NCBI GenBank assembly: GCA_963667465.2
Contig: CAXXDN010000002.1
Location: forward strand, 704,001 to 768,000
From: Dehalococcoidia bacterium
GTDB taxonomy: Bacteria > Chloroflexota > Dehalococcoidia > UBA2979
Length of the DNA: 64,000 bases
Direction: 5' to 3'
This document shows, piece by piece, positions 49,137-59,005 of the stretch. A program made the position numbers and the translations under genes. Positions within the stretch are counted from its first letter, which is position 1, and every line of letters begins with the position of its first letter. Below the pieces are notes generated by a model, which did not search any database, was not told the DNA's origin, and saw nothing but the letters and a program-made list of their open reading frames with translations.

Positions 49137-50147
49137 TCAGTGTTGGACCTGCGGGAGCACGCGCTCGGCGATCAGCTCGAGCGAGGCGAAGTCCGTGAGG
49201 GCGTGGTGCTGCAGCATGATGCCCGCGATCCCGGCCTCCTCGCAGCGCCCGATCTGCTCGACGATCGCGTCCGGTGTGCCAATCAGCCAGCCGCGAGAGG
49301 CGAGGACGGGCAGCAGCTCCTCGAGGGAGCGCCCGGGACGGGAAGCGTGCGATTCGCGGGCGTCAATCGCACGCCCGCCTGCTCGCACCAGGGCGGGCGC
49401 CTGCGCGGCGATGCGCTCGAGGTGCGCGCGCTGTTCTGCCTCGTCGCGCCCGATCACGAACCCCGCCATCTGCGAGTGACGGATCTCCGAGGCGTCGCGC
49501 CCGACGTCCTCGCAGTGCGCGGCGAGCACGCCGGCGAGCCGCCGGTATTCGTCGAGAGCGACGCCGGCGAAGTTCCACTCCTGCGCGTAGCGGGCCGTGA
49601 TGCGCAGCGTGCGGCGCTCGCCGCGGCCGCCCACCAGTAGCGGCAGCGGGCGCTGCACGGGCTTGGGGTAGGAGCTGGCCTCGTGGAGGCGGTAGTAGCG
49701 ACCCGCGAAGCTCGCGGGTCCATCGCCGAGCAGTGCGAGGACGACCTGGACGCCTTCCTCGAGGCGGTCCATGCGCTCGCGCAGGCTGGGGAAGGGGAGG
49801 CCGAACGCCTCGTGCTCCCCGACGTTCCAGCCCGCACCGACACCGAGGACGAAGCGCCCGCCGCTGAGCTGGTCGAGCTGCGCTGCCATCCGCGCGAGCA
49901 GCGAGGGGTGCCGGAACGTCATCGAGGCGACCAGCGGGCCAAAGCGGATGCGCTCGCTCTCCTCGGCGGCCACGACGAAGGAGATGAAGGTTTCGAGCGC
50001 GTCGCGGTCGCGTGGGCCCATCAGGGAGTGGAAGTGGTCGGAGCGCCAGAGCGACTCGAAGCCGGCCTCCTCGGTGGCTCGCACGATGCGCCGCCACAGC
50101 TCCCAGCCGAGCCCCTCCTGGCCTTCGATCATCACTCCCAGGTCCAT
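49137..50147 (-). CDS. LLM class (probably F420-dependent) oxidoreductase
   Basis: GVMIEGQEG, GFESLWRSDHF, FRHPSLLARMA, SGGRFVLGVGAGW, PKPVQRP. Confidence 0.92.
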   Translation of the reverse strand: MDLGVMIEGQEGLGWELWRRIVRATEEAGFESLWRSDHFHSLMGPRDRDALETFISFVVAAEESERIRFGPLVASMTFRHPSLLARMAAQLDQLSGGRFVLGVGAGWNVGEHEAFGLPFPSLRERMDRLEEGVQVVLALLGDGPASFAGRYYRLHEASSYPKPVQRPLPLLVGGRGERRTLRITARYAQEWNFAGVALDEYRRLAGVLAAHCEDVGRDASEIRHSQMAGFVIGRDEAEQRAHLERIAAQAPALVRAGGRAIDARESHASRPGRSLEELLPVLASRGWLIGTPDAIVEQIGRCEEAGIAGIMLQHHALTDFASLELIAERVLPQVQH

Positions 50148-50190
50148 GGCAGTCCTCCGTTGTGATGCGGTCCGGGCGCTGAGCAGCGGC

Positions 50191-50483
50191 CTACGTGTTT
50201 GCGGCGAGTGCGTTGCGGGCGAGGACGAGCCGGTACTCCAACTCGAGCCCGAGCCAGATGTGGGCGGGCGTCGCGAGGACACGCTCCAACTGGAGCGCGG
50301 TCTCGGCGGTGATCGCCTTCTTGCCGCGGATGATCTCGTTGACGGCCTGCCGGGGCCGGCCGAGACGCCGGGCCAACTCGGCCTGACTCATCCCCGGCTC
50401 CTCCAGATGTTCACGCAGGAACTTTCCCGGCGGGATGGGCACGTCGAGTGCAGGGGTGGGGCAGCCGTGAAGGTGCTAGCCAT
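50191..50483 (-). pseudogene. higA: HigA antitoxin (HTH-XRE) with an apparent 1-nt frameshift near the 5' end
   Basis: PPGKFLREHLE, MSQAELARRLG, NEIIRGKKAITAETALQLE; the ATG at 50483 is out of frame with the body (span 293 nt). GTG 50442 could still give a near full-length product. Confidence 0.75.
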
Positions 50484-50771
50484 GGTAGTCGACGACCTCC
50501 TCGATCATCGCGGTTCCGGGGTCGGGTAAGGTCACCACGAGGCGGACCTGTCCTGTGAGCCGGATCGCGTAGTGCCCGGAACGGTCTCCTGTCTGCGCAT
50601 GGAAGTACAGCGGAGGGGTGTTCGTCAGGTCAGCCAGCCCGCGCGCCTGCATGAGCATGTTGACGCGCTGAATGTAGCGCCTCCCGACGACGGGCCCCCA
50701 CTCCCGGACCGCCGGGCTTCCCTGCGTGAAGCAGCGATCGAGGCGCCGCGTCCCCGGAATCGGATCTCCAT
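50476..50771 (-). pseudogene. higB: HigB (RelE/ParE family) toxin, frameshifted
   Basis: MEIRFR, then a shift in the CCGGGG run to TRRLDRCF...FHAQTGDRSGHYAIRLTGQVRLVV...IEEVVDYHG; span 296 nt. Confidence 0.78.
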
Positions 50772-50774
50772 GCG

Positions 50775-50820
50775 GTCGCCCTTGAGGTGACAACACAGTC
50801 ATTCCAGAGGTGACAGTCAA
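50775..50820 (-). promoter_or_regulatory. higBA promoter with two degenerate palindromic operators
   Basis: TTGACT, then GTCACCTCTGGAATGAC and GTCACCTCAAGGGCGAC. Confidence 0.5.
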
Positions 50821-50842
50821 GAAGCCGCTGTCCAACGCCAAG

Positions 50843-51994
50843 TTACTGGTTGCCGAGGATCAGCGTCGAGGTGCCTGAGAACATGCCGGCCGGCGCGTGG
50901 GTCATGCTCAGCTCGAGGTCGGGGAGCTGGCGCTCGCCGGCCTCGCCGCGCAGCTGTGTCACCGACTCCATGATCGCGAACATGCCGTACATGCCGGTGT
51001 GCGTGTAGGAGAGGCCGCCGCCGTTGGTGTTGACCGGCAGCTCGCCACCGGGTGCGGTGTGCAGCTCCGCGAAGTAGGGGGCGCCCTCGCCCGGCTGCAC
51101 GAAGCCGAGCGCCTCGAGGGCGTAGACCGGCACGTGCGTGAAGGCGTCGTAGAGCATCAGGTGGCGGATCGCCGAGTGGTCGAGGCCGGCCATCGCGAAG
51201 GCGCTCGCGCCGGTCTGCTTCGCGGGCGTCCACTCCGTCATGTCGTCCATGAAGGTGATGGCCTGCTGGGCTGTCGCTTCGCCGCGCCCGAGCAGCCACA
51301 CGGGCGGCTTCGGGAAGTCGTGCGCGCGCTCCTCGCTGACCAGGACCAGGGCGCCTCCGCCGTCGGTGACGAGGCAGCAGTTGAGCAGCCGCAGCGGCCA
51401 GGCGATCAGCCGCGAGTTGAGCACGTCCTCGACGCTGATCGGGTCGCGCATCATCGCCCGCGGGTTGAGCGTTGCCCAGCGTCGCGTCGCGACGGCCACG
51501 GCGGCGAACTGTTCCTCGGTGCTGCCGAAGTGGTGCATGTGCCGCACCTGCGGGATCGAGAACATGCTCGGTGGGCCCCAGCCGCCGAACGGCCGCTCGA
51601 ACTGCCCCTGGATGCTAGCGGGCCCGCCGTCATCCAGCGGCATGCCAACGCGCGAGCGGCCGGACTCGCCGTGCGTGATCAGTGCGGTGTCACAGTAGCC
51701 CGCCTCGATCGCCGCGGCGGCGTGGCCGACGTGCATCAGGAAGGAGCCGCCGCCCACGGCGGTACCGTCCACCCAGCGCGGCTGAATGTGCAGGTAGTCC
51801 GAGATGTGTGCCGGCGTCGCTCCCGCGGTGGCGATGCCGTCGACGTCGTCCTCGGTCAGCCCCGCGTCGGCGAGGGCGAGGCGGGCGGCCTCGGCGTGGA
51901 GCTGGATCATCGAGCGGTCCGGGAGGACGCCGAGCTCCGTCTCCGCGGCGCCGACGATCGCGACCTTGCGGCTGAGGCGGCTGGCGTCAGGCAT
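50843..51994 (-). CDS. Thiolase family protein (SCP2/Ltp2-like)
   Basis: VAIVGAAET, VGGGSFL, LNPRAMMRDP, CCLVTDGGGA, YDAFT, NTNGGGLSY.HTG. Confidence 0.92.
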   Translation of the reverse strand: MPDASRLSRKVAIVGAAETELGVLPDRSMIQLHAEAARLALADAGLTEDDVDGIATAGATPAHISDYLHIQPRWVDGTAVGGGSFLMHVGHAAAAIEAGYCDTALITHGESGRSRVGMPLDDGGPASIQGQFERPFGGWGPPSMFSIPQVRHMHHFGSTEEQFAAVAVATRRWATLNPRAMMRDPISVEDVLNSRLIAWPLRLLNCCLVTDGGGALVLVSEERAHDFPKPPVWLLGRGEATAQQAITFMDDMTEWTPAKQTGASAFAMAGLDHSAIRHLMLYDAFTHVPVYALEALGFVQPGEGAPYFAELHTAPGGELPVNTNGGGLSYTHTGMYGMFAIMESVTQLRGEAGERQLPDLELSMTHAPAGMFSGTSTLILGNQ

Positions 51995-52007
51995 ACCCGG
52001 TTCCTCG

Positions 52008-52427
52008 CTAGCCTCGCGCCGGCCGGAACTTGGCCAGCGTCACCTCGTCGGTAACGTCGTCGTAGACGATCTCGAGCGGCATGTCGACGGGCAGCGCTTC
52101 GGGCACGGGCTCCACCTCGACGAGGTTGGTCATCATGCGTGGCCCCTCATCCAGCTCGACGACGGCGATCACGTAGGGCGTCTCGCCGGCGAAGCCCCCG
52201 AAGCCGCGATGCGAGATGACGTAGGTGTGGAGCTTCGCGCGGCCGGAGACGGTCTCCCACTGCACGTTGCCGGAGCGGCAGCCAGCGTGCGGACAGAAGG
52301 GGCGGGGAAAGAAGTAGAAGCGGTCGCAGTCGAGGCAGCGCTGGATGCGCAGCTCATGCCGCTTCAGGCCGTCCCAGAACTCCTGCGTCTCGGGCGTCGG
52401 CTCGGGGAGAGGCTTGTCGTACGCCAT
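52008..52427 (-). CDS. Zn-ribbon/OB-fold protein (DUF35)
   Basis: TQEFWDG, QRCLDC..F.FFPRPFCP, PYVIAVVELDEGPRMMTNL; classic partner of this thiolase type. Confidence 0.93.
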   Translation of the reverse strand: MAYDKPLPEPTPETQEFWDGLKRHELRIQRCLDCDRFYFFPRPFCPHAGCRSGNVQWETVSGRAKLHTYVISHRGFGGFAGETPYVIAVVELDEGPRMMTNLVEVEPVPEALPVDMPLEIVYDDVTDEVTLAKFRPARG

Positions 52428-52445
52428 CGGCTCCGCCGCGCCCGG

Positions 52446-52991
52446 TCAGTCCCCGAGGACCGTGTCGTAGCCGAGGGAGCGGATCTCCTCGACGTACTCG
52501 GCGCGCCAGCCGGCGGCCGGAATGCGGCGCTTCAGCTCGCGAAACTCGCGGTGGTAGCGCAGGTACTCCTCTTCGAGCCGCCGCCGCCACTCCGCTTCCT
52601 CGCGGTAGGCGTCCGGGTCGACCTCCTCGAGGCGGCGGTCGAAGCTCTCCTCGTCGAGGTCGAACTCGTCACGCCAGTACTCGGCGAGGTAGTCGAGCGT
52701 GTCTTCGAGGTCGCGGCGGCAGTCGAGCATGTACGTCTCGAGCAACTGGCCGGCGTCGGCGGTGGAGCCGCGCAGCCGCTCCGAGCGTGCGCAGTCCTGG
52801 CAGAGGGTGACGAGCTTGCGCGCCTCGCAGGCCTCGCCACGCGGGCAGTTGCGGTGGCGCGGCGCGTAGGGCGAGAGCTCGGGTTTGCGGGAGTAGCCGG
52901 CGACGAGTGCCTCGAAATCGGTCTGGCAGCGCGGGCAGGTCAGCCGCCGCGCGAAGATCTGGTTGATCGCCTCTTCCCAGTTGATGCGCAC
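52446..52991 (-). CDS. Hypothetical Cys-rich (Zn-finger-like) protein with acidic C-terminal half
   Basis: CPRC, HRNC..C, CQDC; SD GGAGAGG; coding-like codon usage. Confidence 0.75.
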   Translation of the reverse strand: MRINWEEAINQIFARRLTCPRCQTDFEALVAGYSRKPELSPYAPRHRNCPRGEACEARKLVTLCQDCARSERLRGSTADAGQLLETYMLDCRRDLEDTLDYLAEYWRDEFDLDEESFDRRLEEVDPDAYREEAEWRRRLEEEYLRYHREFRELKRRIPAAGWRAEYVEEIRSLGYDTVLGD

Positions 52992-53078
52992 CGCTCACCT
53001 CTCCGCACGGCCGGGCTGCCTCGATGGTACGCACGGCCCGGGCACTGTCAACGCGGTGGCGTCACAGGATTGGTGACG

Positions 53079-53585
53079 TTACCGGGCCGCCAACTCGCGT
53101 TCGTAGCTGCCGGACTGGCCCGGCAGCTCCCCCACCTCGACGGCGATGCGGGTGAGGTTGTCCGGGCCCTCGGCGGCGAGGGCGGCGACGACGCGTTCGC
53201 AGAGCCACTGCGCCAGCAGTTCGGCGGTGCTGTTCTCGATCGGCAGCACGGCGACGTCGGTGGCGGGAAAGCGATACTCGCGCTCGCCGAAGCGGATGAC
53301 CCAGGCGTCCGCCTGCTCCTCGATGTCGAGCAGTTGCGAGTCGCGCTGGAGCAGGAAGCGGTGATCGAGGCGTTCGCAGGCCTCGCGCACGAGGCCCTTG
53401 AGCACGCTGAAGTCGATCACCCAGTGGTCAGCCGTGAGCGCGCCCTCGACACGGCAGCGCACGATGTAGTTGTGGCCGTGCAGCGGCTCCAGCTCGTCGC
53501 CGAGCGTTGCCATGTGCGCCGCGGCGAACCGCAGCCGCACGCCCTCGACGGTGACCGCGCGCCGCTCGGCGTCTGCTTCGCTCAT
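53079..53585 (-). CDS. 6-pyruvoyl tetrahydropterin synthase / QueD family
   Basis: FAAAH, EPLHGHNY, VIDF, LDHRFL, LPIENSTAELLA. Confidence 0.88.
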   Translation of the reverse strand: MSEADAERRAVTVEGVRLRFAAAHMATLGDELEPLHGHNYIVRCRVEGALTADHWVIDFSVLKGLVREACERLDHRFLLQRDSQLLDIEEQADAWVIRFGEREYRFPATDVAVLPIENSTAELLAQWLCERVVAALAAEGPDNLTRIAVEVGELPGQSGSYERELAAR

Positions 53586-53675
53586 CGCGCCCTACCGGCC
53601 GTCCGGGCAGTCCGCCCAACGAACGAGGGCAGCCGCGTGGCTGCCCTCGTCATGCTCATCACTCGCCGCGTCTGC

Positions 53676-54548
53676 TCAGACGGCGACCATGTCCAGCAAC
53701 TGGTCGACGCTGCGCGTCTTCACGCGCAAGCGCTCCTTCGCCTCCACCAGGCGCTCGTGCATCGGCACGCTCTCGCTCGCGCGGTGCAGTAGCCCGATCG
53801 GGATGCCGTCCTCCCGCACGAGGTCGAGCGCGGCTGCGAGGTTGCCCGGGTCGTGGCTCTCCGGGATCTCCCAGGCGCCGGGGTCGATGCCCTTGGCCGG
53901 GTTGCCCTTCAGTGCCTCGTACGTGTCGTTGTAGGTGGTGCAGGGCGACTGCACGTGGACAATCGAGAAGCCCGGGTAGTCCATCGCCTCGCCGATCTGC
54001 CGAGCCAGCACGCGCGGCTGCGTCGAGATCGCGGAGACGATGAACGGCACGCCGTACGAGAGGTACAGCAGCAGCGGGTTCACGGGGTTGTCGAGCTTGC
54101 CGTAGGGCGTGGTCGGCGTGATCTGGCCGAACTCCGTGGTCGGCGAGGCCTGGCCCTTGGTCAGCCCGTAGACGCCGTTGTCCATGATGATGCAGGTCAC
54201 ATCGAGGTTGCGCTTCGCCGCGGGGGCGATGTGCTCGCCGCCGATGCTGAGGAAGTCGCCGTCACCGGCGACGACCACGACGTTGAGGTCCGGCCGCGCC
54301 GACTTCACGCCGAGCGCGATCGGCAGCGTGCGGCCGTGAATGCCGTGGATGCCGAATGGCTGCGGGCCCTCCTGCAGGTGCACGAGGTTCCCCGAGCAGC
54401 CGATGCCGGCGACCATAACGGTCTCCTCGATCGGCCGGTTCGCCGTGTTGACCCACTCGGCGAGGGAGAGCTCGACGGCGCGCACCACCGCGAAGTCCCC
54501 GCAGCCCGGGCACCACTTGAAGTCGTAGTCGGGATTGCGCTTGGTCAT
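53676..54548 (-). CDS. korB: 2-oxoacid:ferredoxin oxidoreductase beta subunit
   Basis: WCPGCGDF, GIGCSG, HGIHGR, GDGD, DNGVYGLTKGQASPT, SPCTTYN; substrate specificity not assignable. Confidence 0.92.
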   Translation of the reverse strand: MTKRNPDYDFKWCPGCGDFAVVRAVELSLAEWVNTANRPIEETVMVAGIGCSGNLVHLQEGPQPFGIHGIHGRTLPIALGVKSARPDLNVVVVAGDGDFLSIGGEHIAPAAKRNLDVTCIIMDNGVYGLTKGQASPTTEFGQITPTTPYGKLDNPVNPLLLYLSYGVPFIVSAISTQPRVLARQIGEAMDYPGFSIVHVQSPCTTYNDTYEALKGNPAKGIDPGAWEIPESHDPGNLAAALDLVREDGIPIGLLHRASESVPMHERLVEAKERLRVKTRSVDQLLDMVAV

Positions 54549-56251
54549 ACCTGAGCCAGCCTTCCGGCGCCGCAGCGCTCCTGGACTCGTTCCACTAGGT
54601 CCTTCACCTTGAACGGCAACCCGGTGAACTGCGTGAGCGACTCCGCAGAGACGCCGAGCTGCCGCAAGATACTCGAGAACTGCCCGAGGTAGTTGAGCTC
54701 CGGCACCAGCACCAGCTCCTTGCTCCGCAGGTGCTCGAGCAGCGGCGGGGGCAGCGGGTTGAGGTACATCGTGTAGCTCCAGCCGATGTCCACGCCCGCC
54801 GCGCGCAGCTCCTCGTAGGCCGCGCGCGCCGCGCCCTTCGAGCCACCCCACGGCATCAGCACCACGGGGGCGTCCGTGTTCTCCGCCTCGTAGTCGCCGT
54901 CCTCGAGGACCTTGAGCTTGTTGAAGCGCCGCGCCGTCATCGTCGGGTGCGTGTCCGGCTGGTGGACGGTGTCGCCCTGCTCGTCGTGCTCCGAGGCGTT
55001 GGCGACGTAGGCGCCGGCCCCGCCGGGCACGGGGAAGGGCGTCACCCCGTCTCCCGCGTAGCGGCGGTTGCCCACCTCGCCCTGGGAGACGACGCGCTGC
55101 TCGACCATCGCGGTCGCGGGGTCGGGGCGCGGGATGTCCTGTGCGCGCTCGGCGAGTTGCATCTCGCTCAGCACGATCACCGGGCCCTGGTACCGCTCGG
55201 CCCAGTTGAGGCCCATGATGCCGGCCGTCCAGCACTCCTCGACGGTGCCGGGCGCGATCACCGGCAGCCGCAAGTCGCCGTGGCCGGGGTTGAGGCAGGC
55301 GAGCAGGTCGGACTGCTCCGTCTTCGTCGGCAAGCCGGTCGCCGGACCGCCACGCTGCACGTCGACCACCACACAGGGGATCTCCGCCATCCAGGCGAAG
55401 CCGAGGCCCTCGCCCATCAGGCTGAGACCCGGACCGGCCGTCGAGGTCATCGCCTTCCTGCCGGCGTAGCCCGCGCCGATGATCGTCGAGATCGACTCGA
55501 TCTCCGAACTCGCCTGGACGACCGCCTTGCCCTCGCCGGTGAGGTGGTCCTCCATGAAGACCAGGATCGTCGTCGCCGGTGAGATCGGGTAGCCGACGAA
55601 GATGTCGAGGCCCGAGGTGATCGCCCCGAGCGAGAGCAGGTCGTTGCCCTTGATCACCACGCGCGGGCCGCTCTCGGCCGGCGGGGTGTCGAGGTCGGAG
55701 ACCTTGAAGCCTGCCCGCTCGATCTCCTGCACGCCGAGCTTCAGCGCTTCGATGTTGGCGTCGATGATCTGTTGGTCGTTGTCGCGCCCTCGGGTGAAGC
55801 GCTCGCGGATGAAGTCCTCGAAATACTCGGCCGGCATCCCGCCAAGCGCGGCGACTGCGCCGATCACGACCATGTTGGCCGCGCGCGGGTTGCCAGTGGA
55901 GCGCGCCAGCTCGTCGACCGCGATGCCAACGGCGCTACCGTTGGACTCCAGCTCGAAGTCCTCGGCGTTGTAGACCAGCACGCCACCGTCGCGCAGCTCG
56001 GAGACGTGGCTCTCGTAGGCCTCGCGGTTGAGCACCACGAGGATGTCGAGGGCGTCGCCGTCGTGCTGGATCGGGTTCGTGGAGATGCGGGTCTGCGCCC
56101 AGGTGGGGCCGCCCTTGATCTGCGAGGGATAGGTGGAATAGGTCTGCACGTGGTAGCCGACGCGGCCGGCTGCCTGCGCGAGCCCCTCGGCGGCGGTCAC
56201 CTGACCCTGGCCACCTTCACCTGCGAACCGGACGATCAGGTCTGTACTCAT
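54545..56251 (-). CDS. korA: 2-oxoacid:ferredoxin oxidoreductase alpha subunit (gamma-fused)
   Basis: AGEGGQG, YPSQIKGG, GYPISPAT, TSTAGPG, VQRGGPATGLPTKTEQSD, PELNYLGQ. Confidence 0.93.
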   Translation of the reverse strand: MSTDLIVRFAGEGGQGQVTAAEGLAQAAGRVGYHVQTYSTYPSQIKGGPTWAQTRISTNPIQHDGDALDILVVLNREAYESHVSELRDGGVLVYNAEDFELESNGSAVGIAVDELARSTGNPRAANMVVIGAVAALGGMPAEYFEDFIRERFTRGRDNDQQIIDANIEALKLGVQEIERAGFKVSDLDTPPAESGPRVVIKGNDLLSLGAITSGLDIFVGYPISPATTILVFMEDHLTGEGKAVVQASSEIESISTIIGAGYAGRKAMTSTAGPGLSLMGEGLGFAWMAEIPCVVVDVQRGGPATGLPTKTEQSDLLACLNPGHGDLRLPVIAPGTVEECWTAGIMGLNWAERYQGPVIVLSEMQLAERAQDIPRPDPATAMVEQRVVSQGEVGNRRYAGDGVTPFPVPGGAGAYVANASEHDEQGDTVHQPDTHPTMTARRFNKLKVLEDGDYEAENTDAPVVLMPWGGSKGAARAAYEELRAAGVDIGWSYTMYLNPLPPPLLEHLRSKELVLVPELNYLGQFSSILRQLGVSAESLTQFTGLPFKVKDLVERVQERCGAGRLAQV

Positions 56252-56676
56252 CTGTCCCTTACCCCGGAACCGCGCCTGCGAGGTCGCCGATCGAGCCGAA
56301 CGGGGAGCCATGGCCGCCAAGCGCGCGCGACCATACACGGATCGGTAACGCCGATCCGGCGACCACCTCGCGTGGAGATCTACGGCTTGTCATCGGGAGT
56401 GCCGTCATCGGAGCGCCCGGCCTCGCGACTGTCCTGGGGAGGTTCCCGCTGCATCGCAAGTGCGATGCCTCTTGGCAAGCAGTATCGGGCGCGGATACGG
56501 CTACGTTCAACTATCAACACCCACATTCGCCCGCCGCGCCAGCGGGACACGCCCCGGCAACAAAAGTAATGGCGTCCGCAGCCCCTCGAGCCGAGCGCGT
56601 TGCCTCAGGAGCGCGGCAGGCCGAGGCCGCTGTACCGCGTGTCATCGCGCAGCTTCGCCGGTACGTGTGCGTCGAT

Positions 56677-56832
56677 CTACGCGGAGACCTCGCGCCGCCA
56701 GACCGCCTGTTCCGGGCTGCCCGCGAAGTTGACCAGCGTGTCCTCCTCGGGGTGCGGACCGCCGTCCACGCATGCATAACGCTCGTAGGCGCGCCGCGCG
56801 GAGGGTAGACCGCGGTGCTGCTGCTCGCACAG
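56677..56832 (-). pseudogene. Possible C-terminal remnant of a GNAT-like gene
   Basis: Start-less frame ...PSARRAYERYACVDGGPHPEEDTLVNFAGSPEQAVWRREVSA*, resembling the GNAT AxxxYxxxGF end; in-frame stop upstream. Confidence 0.35.
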
Positions 56833-56941
56833 GCCCCGCTGATGTTACATAACGCGTCCCGGGGAACCGCTGCCCTTATCGGGACGCCTTCGTATGATGG
56901 CCGTCGCGGGGTGCGTGGCGGACATCGGGAGAGGGGACAGC

Positions 56942-57193
56942 GTGGTCAAGGCGTATGTGCTGATCGTCACGGACCCCGGGAGCACGCGGCACGTCACGGC
57001 CACGCTCGCGGCGTTGCCTCGCATCCACTCCGTCAGCGAGGTGATGGGGCCGTACGACGTCGTCGCCGAGATCGTGACCGAGAGCCTGACGGACATCCCG
57101 CCGATCCTCTCCGGCGAGATCCGCACCATCGATGGCATCCAGTCCACGACCTCGCTCGTCGCCTTCCCAAGCGACAACCCACAGGGCGGCTAG
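56942..57193 (+). CDS. Lrp/AsnC ligand-binding domain protein
   Basis: VKAYVLI, VMGPYDVVA, IRTIDGIQSTTSL. Confidence 0.88.
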   Translation: MVKAYVLIVTDPGSTRHVTATLAALPRIHSVSEVMGPYDVVAEIVTESLTDIPPILSGEIRTIDGIQSTTSLVAFPSDNPQGG

Positions 57194-57194
57194 C

Positions 57195-58230
57195 TGTTCT
57201 TCCCACGAACGTTGTTTACAGGCGTGAGGCGGGGACAGCCCCGCCGATGCCGCCGTGTGGCCGGCGAGCATTGTAGCGGTAGAGCCAGCGCGGGAGCTGG
57301 TGCAACCGCTCGGCGTTGGAGCGGTAGGGGCGGGCGTAGGCCCACTCGTTCTGCAGGATCTGGATGAAGCGCTCGGCCTTCCCGTTCGTTTGCGGGCGGT
57401 AGGGCCGGGTGTGACGCAGTTCCACTCCTGCGGCGGCGGCCACGCCGCGGAAGTCGCCGGAGACGGTGTACGCCTTCGCGTTGTCGGTGAGCACGCCGCG
57501 CACGCGCACGCCGCGGCGGCCGAACGCGGCGAGCGCCTGCTTGAGGAAGGCGGCGCAGCTCGCGCCGCGCTCGTCGGGCAGCACGGCGACGTAGGCGTAG
57601 CGGCTGTGGTCGTCGACGGCGACGTGGAGGTAGTCGAGGCCGCGCGTGCGCGGGGTCGCCGCGGAGCGGCCACGGACGCGGTGTCCGCCGCCCTCGGGGA
57701 TGCGGCCCAGCTTTTTCACGTCGATGTGCAGCAGGTCGCCGGGGGCAGGGTGCTCGTAGCGCAGCTTCTGCCTGCTCACGCGGTGCAGGCGGTCGAGACG
57801 GTTGAGACCGAAGCGGCGGAGCACGGCGTAGGCGGTGGAGCGGGCGATCCCGAGCGCCCAGGCGATGCGGTGCGGCCCGAACCCCTGGCTGCGGCGCACC
57901 GCGCAGATGCGGGACTCCAGCTGCGGCGAGGTGCGGCGCGGATTCGAGCGCGGAGCGGAGGTGCGGTCCTCGAGTCCGGCCGCGCCCTCCTCGTGGTAGC
58001 GGCGCCACCACTTGCCGACCGTCGCACGAGAAACCCGGAAGCGCCGCGCAACCTCCGCCTGCGACCAGCTGGCCTCGACCTCCAGAACCATCTCCAGCCG
58101 GGTGGCCGGAGTCAGACGCGCGTTAGGATGTGCCACGAGAGGCTCCTCTCCTGCTACTGGTGCGTTCTTCAGACACACACACAGCAGCAGGCGGGGCCCC
58201 TCACCTGCAACAACCTACGTGGGAACTACA
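57195..58230 (-). mobile_element. IS481 family insertion sequence (copy 2, 1036 bp)
   Basis: TGT...ACA ends with IRs; perfect 6-bp target duplication GCTAGC at 57189-57194 and 58231-58236. Confidence 0.96.
57216..58136 (-). CDS. IS481 family transposase
   Basis: Identical to copy 1 except TDNAK versus TDNAQ. Confidence 0.96.
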   Translation of the reverse strand: MAHPNARLTPATRLEMVLEVEASWSQAEVARRFRVSRATVGKWWRRYHEEGAAGLEDRTSAPRSNPRRTSPQLESRICAVRRSQGFGPHRIAWALGIARSTAYAVLRRFGLNRLDRLHRVSRQKLRYEHPAPGDLLHIDVKKLGRIPEGGGHRVRGRSAATPRTRGLDYLHVAVDDHSRYAYVAVLPDERGASCAAFLKQALAAFGRRGVRVRGVLTDNAKAYTVSGDFRGVAAAAGVELRHTRPYRPQTNGKAERFIQILQNEWAYARPYRSNAERLHQLPRWLYRYNARRPHGGIGGAVPASRL

Positions 58231-58265
58231 GCTAGCGGGCGCGCTCTCCCGGAAGGAGGCGGGCG

Positions 58266-58748
58266 ATGGCGATCACCCTCGAGGCCGGCGACCGCGCGCC
58301 GGCGTTCACGCTGCCGGACCAGGACGGCGAGACGCACCGCCTGAAGGACTACCGCGGGCAGACAGTGGTGCTCTACTTCTACCCGCGGGACTTCACGCCG
58401 GGCTGCACGACGCAGGCCTGCTCCTTCCGCGACACGAACGACGCGATCGCCGCCGAGGGCGCCGTGATCCTCGGCGTCTCGACCGACGACGGAGAGACGC
58501 ATCAGCGCTTCCGCGAGGAGCACGGCCTACGCTTCCCGTTGCTCTCCGACGAGGGCGCGAAGGTATCGACGCGCTACGGCTCGTGGGGAGAGAAGACGCT
58601 CTACGGCCGCAAGAGCATCGGGATGACGCGATCGACCTTCATCGTTGGCCCCGACGGCAAGCTGGCGCGCGTCTGGAAGCGCGCGCGTGCCGCCGACCAC
58701 GGTCAGACGGTCCTCAAGGCGCTGCGCGACCTCGCCGCTCGTGCGTAG
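58266..58748 (+). CDS. bcp: Peroxiredoxin BCP/PrxQ
   Basis: APAFTLPDQ, VLYFYPRDFTPGCTTQACSFRD, RSTFIV. Confidence 0.95.
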   Translation: MAITLEAGDRAPAFTLPDQDGETHRLKDYRGQTVVLYFYPRDFTPGCTTQACSFRDTNDAIAAEGAVILGVSTDDGETHQRFREEHGLRFPLLSDEGAKVSTRYGSWGEKTLYGRKSIGMTRSTFIVGPDGKLARVWKRARAADHGQTVLKALRDLAARA

Positions 58749-59005
58749 TCGCGCGGGGACTCCGTAAGTTACATAACTCTGGATCATGCCGATCTTTGCT
58801 GCACGTGGTCAGCCGGGACCCGCGGCGCGTCCAGTGCGCCTGGCCAGCGCAGCACCGGCGCAGACAGCCCCCGAGTCGGCCCGGCCTCCGTCGCCCCCTC
58901 GGATCGAGGAAGCTCCACGTCCGGCGCCGCGAGCCCGAGAAGCTGAAACAGCTTCCGCATGGTTCTCGAGTCGGGCGCGCGCGCACGACTCCTCGCTGCG
59001 TCGAC

